Below are positions 1 to 13,794 of a DNA stretch of 64,000 bases, in pieces. Both the position numbers and the translations under genes were made by a program. The notes beneath the pieces are model-generated. The model saw only the letters and a program-made list of their open reading frames with translations. It had not been told where the DNA came from and did not search any database. Position 1 is the first letter of the stretch. Every line of letters starts with the position of its first letter. Source of the stretch: Raillietiella orientalis. Taxonomy: Eukaryota. Location of the stretch: assembly GCA_036172245.1 (NCBI GenBank), contig JAYWIR010000004.1, forward strand, positions 1,984,001-2,048,000, given 5' to 3'.

Positions 1-2129
1 AGACGTAACTGCTGATATTAAAAAATGGAGGGAAAAAAAAAAAAAAAACAGGAATAAACTTCGAATTAGATCTCTTAAGTCACCACGCCTCGGTTGAGTT
101 TTCCAATTCACAGCGTAGCTTTTAATTAGGCAGTCCGGCAGCTACGTGCCACATCAGCAAGACTCTATGGTTCCAACGTTCGCCCACATTTGATGCGTGT
201 GCATATCCGTTCGGATCTCTAATGGGTTTCCCTCTGTGAAATTCGAGTGCCAAGAAGGAAGAGCAGGTTGACTTAATTCATTTCGTCTTCGCGGAGCGCG
301 AAAATGTTGGATGTTCAGCCATCCTTGCCTGTGAAGAGAACAGCACAGATTTAAGCTTTGAGGCGAATTTCATCTGCAAGTTTTGATGGCCATCATGTGA
401 AGGATTGCTTCTTGCTCAACCAGTCTCCACAACCCACAGCTCGTGTCAATAGCGCGAAGATTTCTTGAAAAAAACAAGTGCCATCGTATTACGTGTAGGG
501 GATGTGCTCACAGACTACATGGTCAGCAGGAGAGGAGACACTTCGAACTGAGTGGAAATCGCACCGAATGCTTTCAGAGGGGAAAAACTAAGATTCAAAG
601 TTGTCGATTATTCGAAGTCATCTTTTGAGAACCTCCCAGGGAAGTAGTACTACCCTAGTTGCCCAGATAGTACCTTTGCAGCATCTGAGAATACGGTTCA
701 TAAAATCTGGGGTGGGAAATTGAAAACTACTCCTCAGATCAGCACAGTGAAAACACAGCATCTGGAAGAATACATACCACCTCAGAACATCTACAAACAG
801 CGTTTATTGTTCATTTTTCTCTCGCAACACCAACAGTAACATCCCAAGCTGAACAAAGATTAAATGCAATAGATGTGACAAAATGGATGATCTTGTCTGT
901 TGTTTAAAATCGTTATAAAGCAAGACAATATGAGGAATATTATTCGCACTTCAAGAAATGGTTGGAAAGATGCAAATGTAGACCAGACTAATTGCAAAGG
1001 AGCCATTAAGCGATGGAGCAGCAGACATGCCAGCATGGCATGAAGAGTGGTCAAGAAAATGTAGTTGATTATAACACCAGTAGCAGTTGATTATAACACC
1101 GCTTGGAAGTGTGTTCTATGGACACGATGCTTTGGTACCCAAGGATGTTTGGATACCTTTCTGGCTGCATGGGGTCTTGTGAATCATGACTCCACTCTCA
1201 AGGCTTCCGTATGAACACAGCGTGAAATTGGCACTTAAGTGCATAATCAGTAAGGAGCTTGCTTCTTCAACTTTTTTTCTAAGAGATAGGGACGAATCCC
1301 AAGGAATAATGCATTTACAGCTCACTCTAAAGTCCGATGAATTTCTCAGAACAGGAACCAACAGGAGTGTACGAGTGAGATTCCTATTTGGGAATGACGA
1401 TTTTTGTCAACTGCGCCTGTAATGAGCTGCAGCCGAAACACTCAGTAGAGGATTTCTGCATTCCCAAGTGGATGGATTTCAAGTTGCAAGTTGAGTTTAT
1501 TTTTCGATTTGTTTGTTAACATCGAATAGCATTTCCAACGACCTCCTACGTCTTTGTTTCTTATGACGAATCGTCGTAAAAGGATCTCCCAGGAGGATTC
1601 GTGCTCTCATCTACACTGACCCGATACATTCAAGATTTGGATGGAACGAAGCGCTTCATGTGGCTACTTCACGCTATTCTGTGCAGCATTCTGCCACTCA
1701 CTTTCGTTGTGAAGACCGAACCCCAAAGAAAACTCCTTGGATGGGAGATCATTTGCTTCAGCCTGATGCATGCATACCTACTTAGCAAGAAAATGGGCTG
1801 CTCTAAATTATTTACTTTTTTTTTTTTTTTTTTACTCCACCAACGCCGCTAGCACGAATCGTGAAGTCTCCATCATTTTCGATCCAGTTCACTATGAAAG
1901 TCCAGTTCCTTTGATAGGCAGGAGAGCTGTTTGGTCGTTGCTACAGTTCACAGCATCCTACATTTAGGCAAATTGAGGTTTTCGACTTTTATATGGTTAA
2001 AAACGAGAAAGAGCCAGCAGCACTTACGATAGATATGCTGGTAGAGGCAGAAGAAAATTCTAAAGAACAGTCAAAAACACTCTTCTCTCGAAGTAAATAA
2101 ATGGTGCGTTTGTTAATTTGTTTGTAAAC

Positions 2130-2700
2130 TCCTTCAACCTATACCTGTTACAACTACTTTGCTGCCAAGTATAGTCTATTTTCGAATTCAGAGGATTGGA
2201 TTTGAGGTATCCACTGCGTTTTATCTTGTTTTTATGAAAACTCTGCTTATACATCTCTATCTTGGAGACAATGAAAAATACACTTATGACATTGTGCCAT
2301 TGGAAAAAAAGCTCGAAAGCCCAAGTTGCACAGAATTCCTCTGCCAAACAGATTTGGGAATTGGGTCTGAGGAAATAAACTCCCACATCATTTTAACCAG
2401 AGTCAAATTAGGATTAAAGGGAGTCCTCGTTCAAGAGGAAGAGAGCTACTGCAAAATTTGTTTCGGTTAATCTCGGGAATAGTTCGTGCTGTTTTCTCAG
2501 AATTCTAAGGGGGATTCTAAGGATGAACATGCCAGAGGTACTTTGACACATGCTGGACATTCATGCAAATTCCAAGTTTGGGAAGGACTCTAAAGAGTGA
2601 AGGAACAAGATTTTCTAGAGTGGTCGTTGTTTTTCAAAGGTTCATCGAGGCTCAAGGGTTGGAAATTTCGAATCTCGCATTTAGTCTTAGAGTGTGTAAT
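2130..2700 (+). mobile_element. Heavily decayed LINE (CR1/L2-like) reverse transcriptase relic
   Basis: Degenerate RT-like motifs in the expected order across frames: QPIPVT (RPISLT-like), QRIGF..ST, DIVPLEKKLESP (D..KAFD-like), GLEISN (GL.IN-like). There are many stops and frameshifts. Confidence 0.3.
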
Positions 2701-3603
2701 CAAAAACACAAACATAGCATCAAAAGAATCAGACTTGTAGGTTTTCTTCTGGATAAGTGTCCGTCTCAACTCTAGTCATGAACTCACACAGAAATAATAG
2801 GAAATATTTTTTTCTGTACCATAGAAGCTTTCCAGAAAATTTTAGCAAAATCATATTTTCTTGTACACATTGTACCTTTGAGTACATGCAACACGGAATT
2901 TGCATGCATGATTTTAGGTTTATGTATTCATATGTATTTTGTTTTTCGATCTGCATAAGGAGTCTTAGTAAACCTGAAAACTGTCTGCTGTTTTCGTTCA
3001 GGTATCAAATAACGATAGAAACAGATGGATCTATTTGTGTTATGTTCTTAAGCTTATTTAGTCATTTTCTTAAGCTTGGTAAAGAGATTACAGAATACTG
3101 AACTTTGCCGTTTCCTTTCGGGATACTGAAAAGTTGTGTTCCTAAATCGGCTCCTTCCTCCCACATGATTCACACGCATCGCTTTGATTCTTCTGAAGAG
3201 CTGCACGAGTGGGTAACTACAAGATTTTTACTAATAAATACTGGAATTTGAAGGAGTAAACGTATGGCACCCGGACGTGATGAATACTTCCGATAGCTTC
3301 CGCCAATGGTATACGCAAGCGGTACCTCTGCAAGTGCCCGTTTACAAACCAATCTGCAATCGGTTTTGCAGGGAATTTTGATAAGCTTGAATATTCTTCA
3401 AAATAACCCATAGCATGATGATTTTTTTGCTGTGAGGATCAAGAGTGCATATCAAATATATGTGCTAGTCGTTGTGTGCTAATAAAAAGATGTACCGATT
3501 CGTAGTGAGTAGAAATAATGAATTTATTCCTTTGAAGCTGAATGTCCTTGCAGATCCTCTAGAATTTCCTTGATATATCGAGAAAACGCAAATCATAGTA
3601 ACA

Positions 3604-3676
3604 GCCGAAATAGCTCAGTTGGGAGAGCGTTAGACTGAAGATCTAAAGGTCCCTGGTTCGATCCCGGGTTTCGGCA
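3604..3676 (+). tRNA. tRNA-Phe (anticodon GAA), intronless
   Basis: GCCGAAATAGCTCAGTTGGGAGAGCGTTAGACTGAAGATCTAAAGGTCCCTGGTTCGATCCCGGGTTTCGGCA gives a full cloverleaf with A box, B box (GGTTCGATCC) and anticodon loop CTGAAGA. It matches the animal tRNA-Phe sequence as I recall it. Confidence 0.98.
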
Positions 3677-3688
3677 AATTCGCTTCCC

Positions 3689-3694
3689 TTTTTT
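3689..3694 (+). terminator. RNA polymerase III terminator (T6) of tRNA-Phe
   Basis: TTTTTT begins 12 nt after the tRNA 3' end. Confidence 0.8.
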
Positions 3695-3699
3695 CGCAC

Positions 3700-4300
3700 T
3701 CCGCAGCTGAATTGCGGCGTGAGCGCGCAGTGGTCCAGCGCGAACCGGAATTTTGCCTGTCGCTTGCATGAAAACCGACGTCCGTCAGGAGCGTGCTCTG
3801 CACTCTATCCCGACGAACGCCCCCGCAAAAGTTTGTTCGGGAAGGTTCGCATCCTGGTTCCCCTGGGGCTTCGGGAGAGTTCCCCTGCAAGAGAGTTAGT
3901 TTTTGCAGTAAGCGCAGGCTGCTCATTCATCATCCTGGAAAAGCAAACGATCATCTGGTTGGGTAGAGAATTTTTCTTAAACTCTGCGTCTGCGACTTTC
4001 GTCCGTTTTTATCTCCAGGAAGAGGGTGAGGTCTGTTTGATTATGCAAGAATAATTTTTGCGTCGCCATGTCGACGATGGTGAAGCTCTCGAGAATTCTG
4101 TAGGCGCGTTTCACCAGGCTGCACGCGTTGGCTACTTGTTGGGATGCGTTCGCGGTATTTTTCGTTTTGTCTTTTTTTCTGGCATACTTTTGAGGATGAT
4201 TAAAATTCAAACGCCACCTCCTCTCGACGCAGTGACCACTCTCCGAGCGCGCGCACATCTCTTGGTGACTGACTGCCGCACACCAACGAACTTCTCCGGT
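3700..4300 (-). mobile_element. Possible decayed LINE RT fragment
   Basis: Minus-strand translations give NFNHPQKYARKKDKTKNTANAS (LIPK..KD...NYRPIS-like) and GGVRRDRVQSTLL (GVRQG..LSP.L-like). The match is weak. Confidence 0.25.
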
Positions 4301-7300
4301 TCCCCAATGATGTCATCGCAGAAGAATTTCCGCGTGGTGGCTGCGCCGGAACTTTGGCGCCTCACCCTCTCTGCACCTCCTGAATCAGGTTCCCCCCCCC
4401 CTCCCCCCGGAGGGGAGCGATGGAGACCGTGCGTGGACGTCCTCTTGCTCCCTCTTGCTCGTTCCAGAGATGAATGGACTGCCAAAGGGGTTTTAAACGT
4501 ACGTGGAAGCACCTCGAATGGGATGCCCTGGGCACCGCGCACACGAATCCGAGAGGCTGGCTTCTGTGACGACACTTCCTTCTGAAATTCCACGATTCCC
4601 TCTGGCAGTCGGGAACGTGGCCAAAGGCCGTTCCCGCGAACAGCGGCCAAGTGACCCAACAACTTGTTGGATTCTCGTTGGAGCGCGCCTCCTTTTCTTA
4701 GCGAGCGTTTCCATGTAACAAAATTTTTCTTGCTTACGTAGAGACGATACAAGCGTGGCTGTTAGGGAGCAGTATACAGATTTGCGTACCTAACGTGACG
4801 GGTAATCCCATATTTCCAGTGCCTCAGTTTCAAGTCGGAGCTATGCGAGCGGGAAGGGGGGGGGGGGAACTTTCTAGGAAAACTCTGGTGCGAACCAGGG
4901 AAACGGGATTCGAAATTTTTGGAAATGCGCCTTCATTTTTCCGTCGAAGAAAGCCTTCGCCAAGCAACCCGACCAGAGGAGACTTGAATTCTCCAAGTGA
5001 TTTACCAGGACCACCAAGTAACGGGGATACACGGAAGCATAGAGACCTGCTCTCCCAGGTATCGACAGTCGAACAGAGTCACGTTCCCCTGCCTTCCCCC
5101 CACCCCCACCCCCTTGTTTTTTTGGCGCTCAGAACAAGCCTCTACCATGGGATTCTCCTCCCATGGTAGCGGCTTGTTACTTTCCGACGAATAACAGCAG
5201 CGTCAGTCAGCGGAAGCCACAAGGAAATTTCTTGCCGTTGATCAGTTTGAGCACCTCCGATATCTTAACCGAAAGAGCGCGGCTTCTCTTGGGTGGGAAA
5301 AGGAGAGCTGTGGAGGATGTGATTCCACGAGGGCGTTTGTTTGAAAAGAGAGCAGCCGAATTTCTTTTTTAGAAAGTAATTGGTTTTGATTCCTTAATTG
5401 GCAGAAGAGGATCCGGGAAAGTGTGCTGCAGATAAATGAGAAAAACGAGCGATTTGCGGCTTGGCGCAAAGTGGCACAACAACCACGCCATCGACTTACC
5501 GGGCTAGGGGGCACGGTCATGTCCCGACAGGGGTCCGACACATTCCTAGTTGAAAACTCGCCCAACACGAGTGCTGCCGATTCCAAGGCGATCGCGTGCG
5601 TTCTGCATTGGCAGAAGGAAAAAAAAAAAAAAAATCTCCATATCCGCAGAGTGCTGCGGGAACAGACCCCACAACAAATAAGTATAAAAGTGTGGTCGAT
5701 GCTCGCTGGTGCGACGACACGAGGTCGATTGTTAATGACATAAAAAATCAGTCATTGAGAAGTAGAGAGGTGGCAAGGTTTCTTCTAGCTTGGGTTCCGG
5801 TCCTCACGAGCGTATAGATTGGTTTCGAAATGCGGAGGCGCGCAACGCATTCAACATTCATTCAACGCATTCAAGAGCGATGGTTTCAGAGACGAGAACA
5901 TCTGGGTGATTTATCGTCTGGAGGGTGAGGAATGAGGGAGGAGTGGTTAATTATAACTTTCGCAACGTTTCTGTGCCGTCTCTTGTTAAACACTGAAAAG
6001 ACGGGGATTTTTCTCGTCACCTCGTTTCCTCTGCTGTTTATGAAGTCCCGTATACATGGAGACACATATTTTACTTAAAAGCAACAGCTTCGCTGATATT
6101 TCGAGTGAATCCCGGAATCTGGGCTGCTCCTAGACAGGAGTGCAAATCCCACTTTCTTGGGATAAAAAAGCAACCTACCGCTGCTCTTATTTACAGAAAG
6201 CCATTCGAGGTTCTTATGTAACCTCTTCTGGAGAAAGAGAAAAGTGGAATGATATGCGTCTGCAAAACATTCAGCACCTTCTTTCAATAGAAGAAAAACA
6301 AAAAAAAAAACGTGAAAATCTCTGGAAGAGTAATATTTGATAGGTATTTGATATCCGAATTAAGATATTTGATTCGCTAATTGCTTCATCCTGCAGGAAG
6401 ATGATTCTCCTTCCTGGAAAGGTCTTACTCAAATTTCCTTCATTCAGACGGTTCGGTGCCAGAACTGTTCCTCGTGATGTCCAAAAGTCTCAAGAGGACG
6501 GACTTGTGATCCTTGCACCTCTAGGGGAGTTGCCACAGTTATAACAGCAAGCTGTACCCAAAGTCTAGCCCTAGTCTAGTCTGGTCGACTCTAGATGAAG
6601 ACTCTTCTCTTCATCGTTTCGGGGACCGTGTGCCTTCAACCTTCATGTATCAGCGCATTTGCATCGCTTGTTGCTTTCCGGTCATGCAAAGTGGACCTGC
6701 ACAAAGCGAGCTTCAAACTTTCCCTGGTGCACTACTTTCGTCAATGCGGTAAACTGCCAATATGCATCCGGTCTTCTTTACTACTCCTCACGCTTCGTTA
6801 AGTATGCTCACCTTGCACCGTTACGCACACACAACCTTCAAGTATAGGAATTAAAAGATGCCTACCTTAAAAACTAAAGAAGAGCTCAAGCTTCCCTTCT
6901 TCCTCGTTTTTGCACAATCTTCGAGATTCGAGCGCAATGTCATCGCCCTCGGCCACACGCCTAACGATTTGTTAATTACGGCCTCCAAGTGGATCAGTCA
7001 AAAGCAGATTCGAACAAACAAATGCTCTTGCTGAGGGCTCACTGCAAAGTCAAGTGGCATGGGGCAGCCCTTTCCTGAAAGCATCGTTTCTTCCTTGGAA
7101 GCAGACAAGCAAAAGCGTTCCCTGATAAATGCTTGACGACCTCCCATCATGGAATGGAATTGCTGCAAACGCTGTCTTTTCTACGCATCCAAACGCGCAC
7201 TGCGATCGGGCAAGAATTCGCTGGTTCTTCTTCACATAAAGAGGAGAGGAAAAAAAGATGTCATTAATAACGGTAGCGAAAACGAAATGAAAGGGGGGAA

Positions 7301-9316
7301 TTGGCAACAACTGTAATTTCTCATTGACTGAAAGATGGAGCATGGAAGACAGCACTATGCATGGATCACTCGTTGGAATTCTTGTGGTGTTTCCAATAGA
7401 AGAAATGCCAGCACATTACCCAGCGTTCCTAGTCCCCGTCAATGGTCCAGGGTGCGATTTCTTTCTCTTCTTTTCACGCGAAAGAGTCTCATATTACGTG
7501 AACATCGCTTCCAACACGCTTGGCGGAACGGTTTGAAAAATAAGAAGTTTAAGGGAAGCATGCATCGGATCAGTCTTCCTATACGCCTAATGTGATTAAT
7601 GAGCGCGAGGACATGTGCCAATCAATCTTATCTGCAAAAACGGCTTTGGATTCTCTACGAAATGTTTCTTTCAGAGACACTTTCAGCTGCAGCGGGTATT
7701 CTCACTTCTCGAAAAGAATTCCGAGGGAATTTTATTCCGAGGCGAACTGGACACATCTGCGTTGGCCAGAGAAACCAAACAAGATGTTTTCGTGTGTTTA
7801 TTTTGATGGCAAATTGGCTCCCTATCGGAATCCCAAAGTTGAGCTTTCGTGCTGCTCCTGTGGCGGTTCCGAATGAAAGAATGCATGGAATGTGCAAAAT
7901 TTGTCTCAGATGACCAAACGGTTATGGTCTGTACGCGCAGATTCCCCAAAGAGCATCTTTTCCGTGCTATTAGAGCGTGCTTCTCCGTTTCATATTTTAT
8001 CAGTGATTGGATGAACGATGATTCATCAGCGACCATTCCGTGGAATGAGCTGACATCATTTTAAAATGGTTTCCTCGGAAAATATGTGATGGATTAAACA
8101 ATGAGATTCCTAATGGTCCATAAAACTCTCAGAGAGAGTGGTAGGATAATCACAGGATGGTATACACAAATGTCAAAGGATTTTCAGACGATATCGGTAA
8201 TGGAAGGATCGTTTTTTCACCAGATGACAAATAAAATCATTCCTCTTTCTTTCCTCTGACGGAACTGATTTGCTTGTTTGCTTTTATAGGCCGGTTTTTT
8301 TGGAGCTTTGTGAAACAGAAACAGAAACAAAGCTCTGAACGTTGTTTTATGGGGGGGAAAAAAAAAAGGTTCCGCAGACTGGTATTTGTCCATTGCTCGT
8401 CAAAATTTTTTTTTTGCATCGCCTGCTCTTTCTGTTGAGAATACTCGATCTATTCCAGCATTTGCGGTTCTGTGTGCTTAATTTCCATGCTTATGACATC
8501 AGGTGTAGTACCAGCCTTTTGTTTTTGAAGTAATCTATCGATTCGTTGAATCTTGGACCAGCACACCTGTTTGAAAAGCAGTCTCTAGTCTGGAGTCCTT
8601 GTCTACAGTCTCAAGGATATCCGTGAAATCTTAACTGGTGAAGGAAGCAAGAGAACCTCTCTCAAAATATCGATTTCAGTTTATCGACCTTGAGAGCCCT
8701 TTTCACGAAACATATGAACTTTACTGTACTCATATTGCACCATCCGTTCTTGTTCCACACGGTAAGCTTTATTCCATACGCATGCTATGCTGTATAGAGG
8801 TCGGGCCACATTTGCAAGCTCCTTATCGTTGGAATCACCTTGCGATTCACGAATCAAAAGGTGCTTCTGATAAGAAAACGAGGGCTCAGAAATTATTGCC
8901 ACTTCCCAGTTTCCTCCATCATTTCTTCACGTAAATTCTCCAGTCCCGACTTACACAGTATTCCGGAAGACTTTTCTGTAGCTCACCTGGGGAAGATGGA
9001 ATCTGGAACTCTTGATCGGATTTGAGGGCTATTTCTCTGCTAATAGTTTCGCTACTATAATTTCAATTTATTCAAGTTGAATTCTTGCTGCGCGTACGAT
9101 GTCTTCATTCAAAGAGAACGGCAATCATTTCCAGATTGTGCTTCTTGTGTTTGAGAGTTTGAAAGCTTTGCCAGATTAACTTCTAATATCCATATTCAAA
9201 TTTTCTGTTCCTTCTTATACTCTTCGTTTTTTTCTTTCTTTTTCTTTGACTTGATTTCTTTTGTACTTTTGAAGAGAAATGGAGCGTATTTCTCTACAAA
9301 AGTACACAGGAAATTG

Positions 9317-9519
9317 TTTTCTACTTTGAAAACACTTCGTTGTTCAAAAGCATTAGGTGCTTCTGTATTGTAACTGCAGTTGTAATTGTAATTGCGTCCC
9401 AAATCTCTATTATTTTCAGCAGGCCATGATAAAATCAGCTCATTTGGAAGGAAAAGTCCGATTCGTCGGCCTTATCTTCTAAACAAAATGGAAAATGGAA
9501 ACAGAACTTGAATTATCTA
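9317..9519 (+). repeat. Direct repeat copy 1 (~200 bp), upstream of RLE element A
   Basis: Aligns by hand with 13795-13989 at roughly 80% identity; shared blocks include TTGTTCAAAAG.ATTAGGTG, CATGATAAAATCAGCTCATT and CTAAACAAAATGGAA. Confidence 0.9.
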
Positions 9520-12500
9520 TATGAAAACGCGCTCTAAGGGAGAGCAGTGGCATGAAATAAGAGCGGACCGACCTTCAACAAAGTGGCGGTGGTCAGGAAC
9601 GAAATCGTGAATTCTGGGAAGAAGATAAGCCGAGAGAAGCATGTTCCTGAGATTGAGGCTGCAGGTAGCCGATGTGACGGATCGAAAATTACATTGTATT
9701 CGTACTGTTGTTGACAATGATTGTATAAGAGGGAGATGGTAGAACGAGAGAATGTCTCAGTGGCCGAGTTCCGAGATTCTCTAGGCGAGAACTAAGGGTG
9801 CCCCAATCTCTTTTAATAGCGACGTTTAAGAACTATAATTTCCAACTGTCATTTCGGCATTGCTGGAAATTTCTTTACAGGTCTTTGGGCTTTCGGCCCT
9901 GCTGTCTGCCTCGATGACCCGGACCCCGTGAAGTCTGGCCATGTCTGGAGTCTGGTGGTTTAGCGAGGCAAAAAGTTGGAAGACTAGAATTTGAGCGTGC
10001 GATTGGCACGGTCACATTTCTCCATCCTTTGGCATCTCCCGTGGACTGCAGTGCTGTTGAATGCGGTTTCCCAACGCGACCGCAATAGCACGCGCTCAAG
10101 TAAAAGCAAGAGCACGAGGAGGTCCATGCGAGCGATTCAGGATTAGGAAGATGTGAGCTGTCGATGCAGGGGTGCTTGAACTACACATTAGCTAAGAAAC
10201 CTTCAGATCACTTCTGCCCGGAAGATCCTGCACTCCCCTTCAGTTTCTGCTGCTCCGCCGGCCACTCTTGGAGTACTTTGAGATTGTGGATCCATCAAGC
10301 CGGATCGTGGGATGACCCTTGGTCCTAGGTGAGGCCTCCTCGATCACCAATCTGGCATGTTCGAATAGAGTGGCGTGTGCCCCTCTCGTCGGTAGAGGCT
10401 CCAGTGGCGGCATTGACAAAGGAAAGAGAGGAAGCCTCGTTGGCTCCCAGGTACGCTACAACGTTCTTTTGTAAGGGATGTGCAAGAGACTATGGGAAGG
10501 CCAGTCAGTCGACAAAGAAGAGGTTCAAGATTTGCCTCTTCTCGAATCCATCCGTGTCAGGATGGTCTCTTTGGAAACCTTCAAGGAATTGTTGGGATTC
10601 CCATTGAATGGAAGCATAAGGAATCTTCGGTTTTAGAGCAAGAAGAAAATGGTTTGAAAGTGCATCCTGCTTTGCCTTTGCCTTCTCTGGAACGACTCTC
10701 GCCTCTATCGGATGCTTCTTGGAACACTGTACTCCCTCCGCCTGTTGCGAAAGAGAATATCTTTGACCCGCAGTTCTCTAATAGAAGCGACGAATGCAAG
10801 ATGAAATCCTTAAATTGATAGAGGGAGGATTTTAGAAAAAAGGTGAGTTGATGTCTTTTTTGGACGCTGATGAGAAAGTGGGAGACTATGGGAAGCATTG
10901 CCAACTTTAAGTGAAGTACAGTTAACAGCTCTGGAAAAGGAGTAGGAAGAGAGGAAAAGGTACAGCGGGAGATGGAAATTTTACGTGACAATTTTTGGAA
11001 GCAGGAAATTGCTTTCAACAGCTACTAGATGACAAGAAAGTTTCGAATCCTTTTTGGAAAAAGTGCGCCCTGTTCTTAGCAGAAATCTTCTGAAACTGCG
11101 CACCAAGAAGCCGAATGCAATTTAAAAATTCTGCAGTTTAAAACTTTGCAATCTGAATCGAAGAAGGGAAGTGCGAGCAATTTGGAATCAACAAGAGCTC
11201 AGATACTCGGCTAATCAAAAGGCCATCGAGGAGCATTTCTAGCATCAACTGGAGCTCACCAAAGAAACTGATGATGACCTTCTAGAATACCTACTACTAC
11301 CAGAGAGAGGAAGCCAGCTGTCTCCCCTAGAAACGTCTCCCTTCGCGCAAGAAGAGGTTTCCATGCTCTTACGCACGGTCTAGCTGAAGGGGATTCTTCC
11401 GTATTTAGGCGGAATTACATATTCCGGATGGAGGCCGTTTGATCCGGAAGCAACCATTCTAACGCTTGTGTTCAAATTATTATTAAAATTCAGCCGAGTT
11501 CCAGAAAAGTGGAAGTGTACCCGGACAATTTTAGTCCCGAAAACCTCATTAAAAGAGATTGGCAGCTGGAGAACAATTTCCATGGCAACAGAATTTACAC
11601 GAAATGCCTATCTACAAAGTTGCAGAATGGATTCGGGAAAACAAAGTGGTCTGTAGCAGAAGGGATTTCTTTCCTCCGATGGAGTTCTTGACCAGAACAC
11701 TGTTCTGCAAACTCGACTGGATGCCAAACGTCGGCAATCTAGGAAAATTAGAATGGCTGTCGTTGCATTTACCAATGCTTCTGGCACCACCATCTTGCAT
11801 ACCATGATGCTAAGAGCATTAGCGGAACCTGGAGTTGGGCTCACTTCCCTTGAAACTGCTGAAGACGTGCATACTCAACTAAAACCCTCTGTAACGAGAT
11901 TTTTTCACCTGCGACGAGGTGTGAAACAGGGGTGTCCCTTGAGTTCACTTCTATTCATCTTAACATTGGAACCAATCCGTCGTGCAATAAGGGAGAGTTC
12001 CGGTGAGGAGTCCTTTTGATGTAGGCCGATGATCCGGTCATCCTTGTGGATCCCGACAAGGATCTAAGTATTAGGCTACGCCATTTTGAGGATCTGGTCT
12101 ATAGGGCTGGTTCAGCAAGTACTCCTTCCAACTGCTCATGCCCTTTCTTTTTGTGGCAAGACCCCTCAAGTCTGGAGACCATTGGACTTGACTTCCAGCA
12201 GTGGTTCAATTCCCAAAACAAATATATCAGGGACTCATGAGTATCTAGGAAGGCCGTTTGAGACTGAAATATTTAACACTCATCCTTCTAACCAAGAAAT
12301 CCTTGCCAAAGCTGAATTCATCCTTGATGGTGGTCCTTCAACTTGGCAAAGAATTGATGCTATGGAAGTCCTCTTTTTCTTAGCCTCGTACACTACGAAG
12401 GACAGGGAGCGCACAAAGAGGAGGACTGGAAATATATGAATAAAAAAATAAGACGAATGATGAAGACGCTGCTGCACCTCTTATCCAGGGAAACCAATGA

Positions 12501-13794
12501 ATTCTGTCTTGGTCTCGCAAAGCTATAAGATGAGACTGATGGTTTCATCATGGAAGGCTGCTTCAAGTTTTTATCCTCACCAGGTGATGCCGTCAGAACA
12601 TGAGCCCATGAAACTCTTCGTGAGGTGCTGCTGAAGAAAATTCTCTTGATACTCATGGAGAATGATCTTCGCAAATTTATGTCGGGCGGAACACTTGGGA
12701 AGTTTAACAAAATAAGTGGGATATACGAAGCTTATGGATCATCGCAAGATAAGCTTCGTTGAGACCAGGAGCAGTTTGGAACTTCAAGGAAAGGACCGGC
12801 AGTTCTGATCGGCGAAATGGGATCTCATCGTGAGGAGAACATCTTTTCAAAGAGCTGCACAACGCAAGAAAGCCCATGGCAATCCCTGGCAAAGAAGCGT
12901 CTGGATCAAGGGAAAGTCATGCGCTGCGTCGCATTGCATCTCTCTTCGAGATGTTCCTTTACAAACGAGAACCAGCTGAGATCTGAGGACTGCAGATTCA
13001 TCCACGCTGCAAGTCTGAATCTCTTTCCATACGCGAAGCTGCCGAAGAAGGGAATTCGGCTGCTCGTGTCACTGTTGTGGCTTGTGGGACAAGATGTTGC
13101 CCCAAGTGACAGATCACTGCACGACGCACTCCCGTCTGTACACGGCCAGGCACGATGCGATTGGAGACGGGATCAAAACAGCAGCATAGGAACAGCAAAT
13201 GGAAACCGGTATGTCCACGAATCAGCGCGTGCCTGGCCCTGGTTCCGCTCTCAGGCCAAATCTGGTATACAGATGGGCAACGGGATGGTGATGCTGGACG
13301 CAGCTAGCCCCTTTGAGAATGAGGAAGAAGTCTTCAGCATTGCCAGGAACGAGGAAGTACCCAAATACTAAGATGTTGACAACCAGAAATCCAAGAAAGG
13401 AGTCGATGGAAAGGCTCTGGCCATTATCACTGAACCTTGGGAACTTGGGACCCAGTCCTCCATGGACTAGGTGTTCCGCGGATGTATGCGCATAAAGCGA
13501 AGTAGCCCGTGGTTGCCTCTTGCATTCTCTACACTCACAACGTCTATTAGATGGACACATCGGCATAGACGATTGTCGGATGAACACTTGCACCAGCCTC
13601 GTGAGGAGGAGCCCTTGGACTGATGAGGAGGATATCGTCGGAATATAGCCTGCGGGACGTCCCGATGCGTGCAACCCGTTGTAATGTCCAATTTCGATGA
13701 TCAGGACGGAAAAGTGGCAAATGGCGAAGAGTCCTCTCTTTATTTGTATTCTTGTAGCTGTTAACTCTGAAAACTGGAGAGAATTAGGTTGGAT
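9520..13794 (+). mobile_element. Decayed, near full-length RLE-clade non-LTR retrotransposon (Utopia/NeSL-like), element A
   Basis: Motifs in order: zinc-finger relic FFCKGCARDY (~10464); RT motifs RVPEKWKCTRTILVPK, WRTISMA, RRGVKQGCPLSSLLFILTLEP (~11910-11975), (Y>stop)ADD at 12022-12033 and EYLG; then WQRIDA, CFKFLSS, DQGKVM..RFIHAASLNL, RHDAI (13148), RPNLV and DAASPFEN (RLE). Multiple frameshifts and stops. Outer boundaries are set by the flanking repeats. Confidence 0.85.

Noticed and set aside
1063..1100. Short tandem duplication AGTTGATTATAACACC x2 (similar small duplications near 5845, 40187 and 61115)
   Set aside because: These are ordinary slippage-type duplications with no sign of function.
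9887..9970. HDV-like ribozyme at the 5' end of element A (GGGC-TTTCG-GCCC hairpin; TGCCTCG/CGAGGCA stem)
   Set aside because: The stems are present, but I could not assemble the nested double pseudoknot, and the element is too decayed to call.
13600..13680. Hammerhead ribozyme core (CTGATGA at ~13620)
   Set aside because: There is no stem II followed by GAAA. The TGATGA is simply the tandem stop at the end of element A's ORF.
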